A DNA stretch of 64,000 nucleotides, from assembly GCF_009914755.1 (NCBI RefSeq), contig NC_060933.1. One strand, written 5' to 3'. The number at the start of each line of letters is the position of its first letter. Position 1 is the first letter of the stretch. Origin of the DNA: the human T2T-CHM13v2.0 reference genome, Homo sapiens. The position numbers and the translations under genes were made by a program. Below are positions 53,812 through 64,000 of the stretch, one piece after another. Below the pieces are notes generated by a model. It worked only from the letters and a program-made list of their open reading frames with translations. It was not told where the DNA came from and did not search any database.

Positions 53812-54959
53812 CTAGAACAAAATAACTTACTGGATGATTTTATTCACTTCAGTTAAGAGACCGCAGCTCATTAGTCCTTTAATACAGATCTACAATATCA
53901 GGACTCCCCAAATAATGTTTTCCTTGCAAAATTACCCCAAAACATATAATTTAGAAATAAGAAGGCACCTGAAAACTATGACTACATAACATTTATACCA
54001 GTTTATGCTCAAAGGAAACAGACAACCTACCATACAATTTAGGTAAAGACTACTCAATAGAATTTACCCCTTTCTCTTTCTCTTTACTGTCTAAAAACTG
54101 CAATGGCAACAGTATTGTCCCCTTTAACATGCATAAGGAAACCTCTTTCCTTATACATAATTCAGTGCCTTTCACCTCCACTCTCTGCATGTCCTTACAC
54201 ATGGATAGACTGCCTGGCCAGCTGTCTGGATGGCAGACCCCAGGGAGCGGCCCCATTTTGTTAACTCACTGGACTGACTAAGGCAGCACCACAGGGAGAT
54301 ACAGAAGCCAATCAATGAGAGGACAAACAAACTCAGGTTTCCTCCTAGCACTTAACACAGGCTGTTCTTCTCAGCCCTGCAACATTTCAGGCAGTCTGAC
54401 TCCTGCTTCATGAGCCTGAAAAACAGAACTTGTTTCGCTCTCAGCGACCACTCCACAGAGCAGACTGCAGTCCCTGAGCAAGCAGAGATGCAGGAGACAA
54501 AGCCCAAAGAGATGAGAAAAGGCAGAAGGAGCAGCTTTCTGTTCCCAGGCAATTTTGAAAGTTATAAATAGAATGGGGGGGAGGGATAAATGTAGGGGAG
54601 GGATAAATGTAGAGAAAACATTTACTATAGAAAGAAATACAAATCTTAAATATTTAGACAATGAAAGAAACAAAAAGAACTGCCACAAAAGCCACTCTGC
54701 ATACAGGCTCATACGAGACATGACAACTGTCAAATAACTATGCAAAGCAATGAAATGTCTTCATCCCCAATTACTTTTGCTATTAATTGCAATTTCACAA
54801 AGGTTTCCAAGACCTTCCACAAGAGAAAAAAGATGCAATGCTTTTTCAAAGTTTGGCATGAGTTTTATGTCAGGAAACAAACTGGTTTGCACATTCGGAA
54901 GTTGGAAGTTAAGAAGGTTACATTTTTTCTCACATATTTTGGAGGCATCTGGACAGCCC

Positions 54960-54965
<6 letters not shown>

Positions 54966-54997
<32 letters not shown>
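54966..54997 (+). repeat. Isolated poly(A)32 tract
   Basis: Seen directly; no adjacent Alu or L1 body. Confidence 0.95.
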
Positions 54998-54998
<1 letters not shown>

Positions 54999-55841
54999 CA
55001 CCTGACCTTTGAAAAGCTCATAAGACAAAGTCAGCTTTATTTTCTGTTAGAGATCTGCTATAAAGAGTTAAGTATTTTTTACAAAAGAATGTGCATCTGT
55101 AGCTATGGAGTTGCTCGCACCATCGCAGCCTGTCTGTAGCAGGGATTGCTAACTAACACGGCCAGCCTGCATGTTGAGACAGCATCATCCACTAGAGGCC
55201 AGAATGAGACTGTCATGTACAGGCAAATCAAATATAGACTCAGGAAGCACCAGAGCATCAGGGAGTGACACCAATATTGCAGGTGACACGCCAACAAAAT
55301 GCACTTCTAAATCCTCTTACGCAGTTTCTTTCCACATCCAAATCAGTGGGTAAATGAGGCACTAAAGGACAACATCTGTCAGCAAGAGGCTGACACTGTA
55401 TTGAAGACTCAGAAACTAGAACAAAAATGGACCATTCTTTCCTGAACTGAAGTTGAGAAGGAAGGAAAAGAGGAGGCAGGGCATGGGTGCTGGTGAGACA
55501 GAGGCCAAGGACACAAATGCGTATCTGATATAGGAGGCAGGAGAGGAGAGCAGAGAAATGGGCAGGGAAAATGCCTCTGGAGTTCCTGGACCTGGAACTG
55601 GACTAGGAGCTAGTTGCAGCCTTGTGCATCAGTCAGGAACTGGTTAAAAACACACAGCACAGGCACACCATGGAGCATGATGCCGCCACCTAGCAACTGA
55701 GGTAGGCCTGTCTGTTGGTATGGAAAGACCTCTAAGACATGCTTAAGTAAGAAAGTGGTAGACACTATGCTCTGTAACGATGACATGTGTGAATTTGTTA
55801 AGGATGCATATGCACACACATATACATAAAATCCTTCTAAA

Positions 55842-56195
<354 letters not shown>

Positions 56196-56199
56196 TTAG

Positions 56200-56520
56200 A
56201 AGCCTTGCACTTGTTGCTGGCCTGTTCAGAAAGGTCCTTTCCCAGATCAACTCCCACTGAGTTTTTTATTCGTTTACCATCTCAGCGAGACACTCCGGCC
56301 ACTGTATTTAAAAATCAGTCCTTCCAATGCTATTGTCTCCCTTTGCTGCCTTATTTTCCTCAAAACACCTGTCATCATCATTTTTGTCTCACTCCACTGG
56401 AATGTAAGCTCCAGGAAGGAAGAGGTGATTTTGTCTGTTGTGTTCACTGCTGTATCCCCAGGTTCTAAAGCAATGTCAGCTCATAGCAGGGCCTCAGTGA
56501 GCTTGCTACATGAATTAGTT
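56200..56520 (+). mobile_element. L2 3' region
   Basis: cactggaatgtaagctccaggaaggaag...ttgttcactgctgtatcccca. Confidence 0.75.
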
Positions 56521-56582
56521 AAGTCATAGCCTATGTTGTGGTTCCCTGAAGTGAGAAAAGAGCTGGGATTTACTCAGATTAC

Positions 56583-56760
56583 CAAGGAAACAATGCTGCA
56601 TTGAGGCTGCCAGTCTGGACATGACCTCCAGCTGACTTTGCTCCAAAGATGAGTCCAAGCACTCCAGAGCATCTCCCTTCTCTTAAAGGGTCATAGACCC
56701 ATAGACCAGGATTTTGTACATAAAGACTTTCAATATCTGGAGTGAGTTTGATCAAAGGAT
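56583..56760 (-). pseudogene. Pseudo-exon D (178 nt): (Y)PLIKLTPDIESLYVQNPGLWVYDPLREGRCSGVLGLIFGAKSAGGHVQTGSLNAALFP(W)
   Basis: Acceptor catttctctgttag and donor TTG|gtaatc. Fully open in the phase required by exon C (1 in, 2 out). Lies inside ORF 56579..56842. Confidence 0.65.
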
Positions 56761-58137
56761 CTAACAGAGAAATGCAGCTAATGTAGACTTGTGAAGGCAA
56801 GAGGGCTTTCCTCTTCCTAGAAAGGCCATCCACCCCACCCAATGATATAGGTTTGGGAGAATCCTGGAGAAGCTGTGGAAGAAGGACACCTGCCTAGCAA
56901 GTCAGACCAGGCTGCTGTACCCTGGCTGTTGATGGCAGAACAGAAGTCACAGCCAGACTGTCCATGTGTCCCTGTCTGGAACACAGTTCTCCTCCACACA
57001 GCCCACTGCATTCGGCCTTCAACCAAAAAGGTGCTGGAGAATGACAAGCAAAAGCCCATCCAGGGTTCTTAGCAGTGGGGAAAGCATATTCCTATCATCA
57101 TGTTTTGCTGAAATAATTTTGAATTATGCCTTGGACGTAGAGGATGCCAGAGTTCGGATATTCTCTTGGAAGAGGCCTTGGTAATGGAGGAGACACTCCC
57201 AAATAGTAAGTGGATTCTGGAGGCAACTACTTAACCAATCTAGTGCTATTTCAGAATTTTTAAAAAATATAATTGTAAGAAATGTTTTTGGAGTGAAACA
57301 TGTATTATCACGTGGACCAATATAGCAGTTGGACTCAATGTAAATATTAATGGGACTTTTTTCTATTTCTCTACTCCTCACTACAAATTAGTTACTTGCC
57401 TGGGATCTAATTTTACTTAATATGTAGGTAAGGAATAGTGCTTGGCATGATTTCATGCTTGGAATATGTAAGTAAGGAAAAATGCTCAGCAGGATTTCAT
57501 GCTTGGTTTGTTGTCTCTTCAGTTCTATTCTCAAGTAGTTTAGCATTTTGTTTTAAATGTTTTAGCTCCTAAGGGCATGAATATATACAATAATATCTCC
57601 CTTCCCAGATTATCAGACTCCTAAGTCTGACTCCTTCAAGCACCGAGAAGCCAGATCAGGACACAGATGAAAATGCTAACATAACACTGCATCATGCAGA
57701 TGATTTGAAAACATGGTGACTGAGAAGTGGCTCATCCCAGATGGCTATGGGGTCAAATACATCTCCAGTTATGGCCCTCTGGACAAGTGGCAGGCCCTGC
57801 ACTCATGAGGGCTCCCCATGTGCTGCTCCCTCCTAATGCCCACCAATAAATCCTACTTCCTGTCCAAAAAAAAAAGAAAAACCACCCATCATAGCAACAT
57901 GCACTTTGCTCCTTAAGTTCTCATTCAAAGCCTTATTAACTATTATTTAACACATAAGCTTAAGTATGTTTAATTAATTTCTATATCTATGCAGCTTAAA
58001 AGGAAAATTGGCTAAAAGACATGAGTCAAGCAGCTGCAATGACTCAGAGATGTAATAGACAATGATAACAAAAGAGAAAACAGAACTATAAATAATGAAT
58101 ATTCATAATGAAAAACAATTGTCAAGCTAATATTTAA

Positions 58138-58534
<397 letters not shown>

Positions 58535-58539
58535 AAGAA

Positions 58540-58702
58540 ATTAGATTTTAAGTGTTCTCACCACAGAAAAGATAAGTATGTGAGGCACTACATATGTTAA
58601 ATAGCTTGATTTGGCCATTCTACTGGTATACATACATCAAAACGTCATGTTGTACACCATAATATATATAATTTTTACTTGTCAATTAACAATAAGTAAA
58701 TG
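58540..58702 (+). mobile_element. L1MA-like 3' terminal fragment
   Basis: tgttctcaccacag...aagtatgtgagg...catcaaaacgtcatgttgtacacc. Confidence 0.75.
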
Positions 58703-58914
58703 GACAGCAGTACTTAAAAGAAAAAGATGTACATATTTAGATTATTCTCTTATATGGACCCAACTGTTAATTGTTAAAGCTAGCAAAATGGAAGTTATTG
58801 TATATATGGAATCTATATATATAGATATTATATGCCCCATATATATAATCAATAGACGATCGACAGCAATCCATTAAAAATTAGTGTGGGTTCCTACAAA
58901 ATTTACATTTATTT

Positions 58915-60165
<1,251 letters not shown>

Positions 60166-60659
60166 AAGCCCTTCACTTACACTGGCTATGGGTCCTAAGA
60201 ACCTACAAGGACAAAAGATTTCTATTGCTAAACTCATCACTGGAGGGGACAAAAAAGGTTCCCAGGGAAAAGTGCTTTTGATAAATTTTGTTTCAGAGAA
60301 TTGGACCACTTACACTTTCCAAAGACATTGGACGAAATAAGAAAAATGGATTCCATGTCATAAAGCTCAAAAACACCACACAAACATGTCATCTAATAGC
60401 ACATGATGACTATAATTTAATATGAGAAAAAATTAGCATGCTTGGCACACATGGACTAAGTACATAATAAACATTCGCTGATTTGATGATGCTGATACTG
60501 ATAACAATGATGACATGGGACTGTTTTACAAAATGGATATAAACATATGCCAAAAAGATCATTTAGTTCTAGGATAAGTTGCTATGTACCAAATAGCCAT
60601 ATTGTTAATACTAGTTTTGCCAATTATAATTCTCAAAGCTCTTCCATACACTGTATTTT

Positions 60660-60810
60660 TGTAATCTTCAAAATCATCCTTTAAAGCAGGTGAGACAAAT
60701 ATTATATCCATTTTACAGATGTCAAAACTAAATCTCAAAGAGATTAAGAAACTCAACCAAAGATACTCAGTTAACAAGTGGCAGGGCCATGATTCATCCA
60801 AATCTTTGAC
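60660..60810 (-). mobile_element. MIR
   Basis: tatatccattttacagatgtcaaaactaaatctcaaagagattaag. Confidence 0.7.
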
Positions 60811-60906
60811 TTCATCTTCCGTATGCCAACACTGGTTAAAAGGATCCCAGAAGAAACACAAAACAAAGTTGATGAAATCTTTGGAGGAGTTTGCTTTAAG
60901 AAATAC

Positions 60907-60965
60907 ATCTATGGAAGATTGCCTGAGGCCAAATACAGTATGAAAGATATGAAGGTTTTTGCCAT
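60907..60965 (-). pseudogene. Pseudo-exon C (59 nt): (R)WQKPSYLSYCIWPQAIFHR
   Basis: Long polypyrimidine acceptor cttttctccatttcttcgctttgctctccttccaag and donor T|gtattt. Open frame, phase 2 in and phase 1 out. Confidence 0.6.
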
Positions 60966-62258
60966 CTTGGAAGGAGAGCAAAGCGAAGAAATGGAGAAAA
61001 GTTGAGTACTGAATTGATATCACTGTGCAGAGTTGCTAGATGAAGCACAAACAGATTTTCAGATAAGCAAGCCATACATTTTTCTGTTGTCCCACTAGTT
61101 TGAATAGCACTTCTATCACTTGCAATCAAAATAATACCAATAAATGCAATGACATTGGACATCTCACTACTTTCTCAACAAAATCCATACAACCTTCCTC
61201 TGTGACTATGCTCATGCTGTTTCTACCAACTGGTATTCCTTTTCTCACCTGTTGAACTCCTAGCCATCCTTCAAACACCCCCTCACTATGATCTGCAAAA
61301 TGAAACCTTTACTGACTCCACCAAGACAATCACTTCTCCCTCTCTTGCTCCCCAGGCACTTTATTTGCACTTCTCTTACAGAACTTCATCCTCTGGAGTA
61401 GGCATCTCTTCTTCCCTTGGTACAGTATCTTACACATGGTAGACCTTCAATACGTAATCAATTTTACCACACTGTATACACTGGAATGCTAACTAATTTC
61501 TCAGAAGATTGCCAATGTTGAAATGTTTAAATGTTTAAAATGTTAATATTATGTGACAAAACAAAAGAATGGTCAAACCTCGGCCTTTCCTCTCCACATT
61601 TACTAGATGAACACACCGTATAGACATTTCCTAGGACCTCCTATAGCTGGTCATTCTGAATATCATTTTGGGGGCAGTAGAATATAACTACCCTAAAAAT
61701 ATGAAATAAGAAGTTGAAAATCCTTCACTTTTCATATTAAGCACATAGATTTTATTTTGCAGATATCCTCTGTTAATTGCACTAAAAAAGGCATGTCCCT
61801 CCACCTCATAAATCTTATAAAAAATATTATAAGCATATTTTAATAATTTGTACCTTCTATCGTTTCAGCCATTTCTCAAAATAGCTTTGAAATGTTATAT
61901 TTTACTATTGTTCATAACAAATCATGTAACCTAGTTCAAAAAACAAGGAAAGTGAATTCAAATAAGAATATTTTTTCGTTAAGATCTAGCAAAGTGTTTT
62001 ATATTCCTAATCTGGGTTTATTCTATGAAAGAAAAAGGAATTAATCTTTGTTTTTAATCTACACAGCATTCAAACTGGAAAGGCAAATTTCTATTTTCTA
62101 ATGCTGGGTTATTAAAATGTATTTCAGATGACAGGCATAAAATACTTATTTCCATACAAACGACAAGACAGCAAAATGAATAGAATCATCATGCTCATGG
62201 AAAATGCCAGCACCTCAGAGAGAGGGAGATCCAATCAGAAAAATGCTGTAGCTTTTAC

Positions 62259-62312
62259 CTTTCAGAATAACGATTTACTAAGATTACTTTTAACCAGCTA
62301 ATGGCTTTTGGT
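62259..62312 (-). pseudogene. Pseudo-exon B (54 nt, apparent 1-nt deletion): DQKPLAG/LKVILVNRYSE(R)
   Basis: Acceptor ttgttgtattttgtcag and donor AAG|gtaaaa. Phase 1 in and phase 2 out fit the neighbouring exons if one base was lost at GGT-TTA. Confidence 0.55.
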
Positions 62313-62895
62313 CTGACAAAATACAACAAATATTGGCATAGCATCTTACAGTATACGCTATATGCTGATAATTATCCCCATTTGGTGTTTATGGAAAATG
62401 AAGCCTAGAGGTCTTAATAACAGCGAGTACGTGATGAAGCCAGAGGCCCGGAGGCCTGTGTCTCATCCCCAGTGGCCACGTGACAGGTTATACAAGTGCC
62501 AACAAATTGCTGCTCATGAGACTTTTTTGCCCAGCTCTCATTTCATACCATAGTTGCCTTCAGGCTTCCAGAAGCTGTTCACCTCCAGAGCTGCCTCTTT
62601 GGCCCAGCCTTCTCCTTGGGGATGGGCGCTCCCCTCACCTTCCATGGCTGCCTTACTCCTGCTCCCATCTCTCCACTGTTGCGTCTTCCCGTCTAGGCCG
62701 GTCCCTTCAGACCTGCCTTTCCCTCCTGGAGATATGACACCTGACTCTGATTCAGATAGTCTAGGACCCTGGAAAGGTAAAGAGGAGTTTCCCTCTTCTG
62801 AAAAGAGACCCCTGATCTTGCTCCGCACATGGAAATAGCAGAAATATGTCTCCAGTACACTGGCCCCATGCTCTGGTTTACGGGACGGGTCATTA

Positions 62896-62982
62896 CTCCA
62901 AGAGAGTCTATCACGGACATTCTGCTCCAAGAGAGTCTATCACGGACATTCTGCTCCAAGAGAGGCTATCACAGACATCCTG
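62896..62982. repeat. 29-bp tandem triplication CTCCAAGAGAGTCTATCACGGACATTCTG
   Basis: Two identical copies (62896-62953) plus a third with 3 mismatches. Confidence 0.97.
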
Positions 62983-63345
62983 GAATGGGAAGGATGCCTT
63001 CACACCGGTTGTGAAAAAGTCACTGGAAGTGGGATAAATTGAAGGCAGGGGCTTTTCCTTTTGCTCTCGAGTTATTTCCTTGGGTCTCCGCTCAGGGTGT
63101 CTGCACTAATCTTCAGTCCATCCCAGGTGGTGGCAACTGGTGAAACCAAGTGCTGCCCTGCATATACCATGTGCATCTGCAGTGGGTTCATCGAAGTTAC
63201 CAGAGCCTGAATGTATGTGAAAGGCCACATTCTCCAGGGGGCCCTCTAACATATTCAGCAAGAGGGTGGCAACTTGAGGGGCCCGATAACTTTCAGGATG
63301 TACTAGATCAAACTGCCTCAGAGTTATCTCAGGAGGGCTGCTTTT

Positions 63346-63648
63346 TTTTTTTTTTTTTTTTTTTGAGACGGAGTCTTGCTCTGTAGCCCAGGGTGGTGGA
63401 GCGCAGTGGCGCAATCTCAGCTCACTGCAACCTCTGCCTCTCAGCTTCAAGCAATTCTCCTGTCTCAGCCTCCCAGGTAGCTAGGATTACAGGCATGTGC
63501 CCCCACACTCGGCTAATTTTTATATTTTTAGTAGAGATGGGATTTCGCCATGTTGGCAAGGCTGGTCTTGAACTTCTGACCTCATGATCCACCCGTCTCC
63601 GCCTCCCAAAGTGTTGGGATTATAGGCATGAACCACCGCGCCTGGCCA
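63346..63648 (-). mobile_element. AluS inserted into pseudo-exon A
   Basis: Full dimer with poly(T); TSD AGGGCTGCTTTT at 63334-63345 and 63649-63660; lacks AluY diagnostics. Confidence 0.93.
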
Positions 63649-64000
63649 AGGGCTGCTTTTAACAGAACTCTGCACACAACTGTTCTGACCGCCTCTTGGT
63701 ACACTCCCCATCAGTCTCTCCTTCTGTTCTTGTAGTGGCATGTCTCCATTCATTTTTATTGTTAATATCAATCTGGGGGGACCTTAAAGCAAACGCTGTA
63801 TTGTCTGATTCCTTTCTCCATCCATTGGAGCTGTCGCTGTCGCAGGGGGCTGTACGTTGACCTTCAGGCAGCCTCTGGATGGGGTCGTCACCTCTGCAGT
63901 TGTCAACCGGCCATCCTGCTATGGCACCCTTGGGCGTCCCTGCAGGCTGTACTCTGAACTCTGCCCTGACATCCTCTCCCAGGGGCGTGTCTCCAGGACA

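Larger units (their letters stand above)
62549..64000 (-). pseudogene. Large decayed coding exon (pseudo-exon A; 5' end lies beyond the window), low-complexity S/G/E/P-rich product
   Basis: The minus frame is open for 113 codons from 64000 (CPGDTPLGEDVRAEF...). After a 1-nt shift, ...SSVKSSP joins [16 protein letters not shown]... in frame once the Alu plus one TSD is removed. There is one TAG at 63106-63108. Collapsing the 29-bp triplication to one copy restores ...QDVCDSLSWSNDPSRKPEHGASVLETYFCYFHVRSKIRGLFSEE...EGNY. The exon ends at donor TATG|gtatga (phase 1). It is GC- and CpG-rich relative to the window. Confidence 0.75.

Noticed and set aside
56690-56710. 8-bp tandem GGTCTATG in exon D as a frameshifting duplication
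   Set aside because: The exon is fully open and phase-compatible as it stands; removing the repeat introduces stops.
60823-61005. Protein-like plus-strand ORF MPTLVKRIPEETQNK...
   Set aside because: No splice context on plus; it is the antisense shadow of pseudo-exon C and its polypyrimidine tract.

Overview
Primate (human-like) non-coding-looking genomic DNA, roughly half transposable elements: AluY/AluS, THE1A provirus and THE1B/C solo LTRs, LTR1, MER21, MLT1/MST, L1M/L1PA, L2, MIR, MER5/58/94, MADE1 and a long BLACKJACK-type hAT fossil. I can support no intact protein-coding gene; nearly all ORFs in the track are repeat-derived or chance. The main result is a decayed multi-exon, intron-containing gene system on the minus strand across the whole window, which I rebuilt by hand from splice signals and codon phase. 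It comprises: a large GC-rich exon at the right edge broken by an Alu insertion, a 29-bp triplication, a frameshift and a stop; four small phase-compatible exons (62.3, 60.9, 56.7, 53.8 kb); a cluster of about seven candidate exons (52.3-44.5 kb) leading to a clear F-box exon (44.2 kb); an LRR-like exon 39 kb further on (4.6 kb); and one or two more exons (2.2, 0.7 kb) that read as the continuation of the 53.8-kb exon. It looks like an unprocessed (possibly unitary) pseudogene that was either one gene with an optional F-box cassette or two interleaved same-strand genes. I cannot name the locus. Several local rearrangement scars are also visible: a templated inverted insertion in an Alu, an inverted duplication and a candidate L1 3' transduction. 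Repeat subfamily names come from recalled consensus features, not from a database search.
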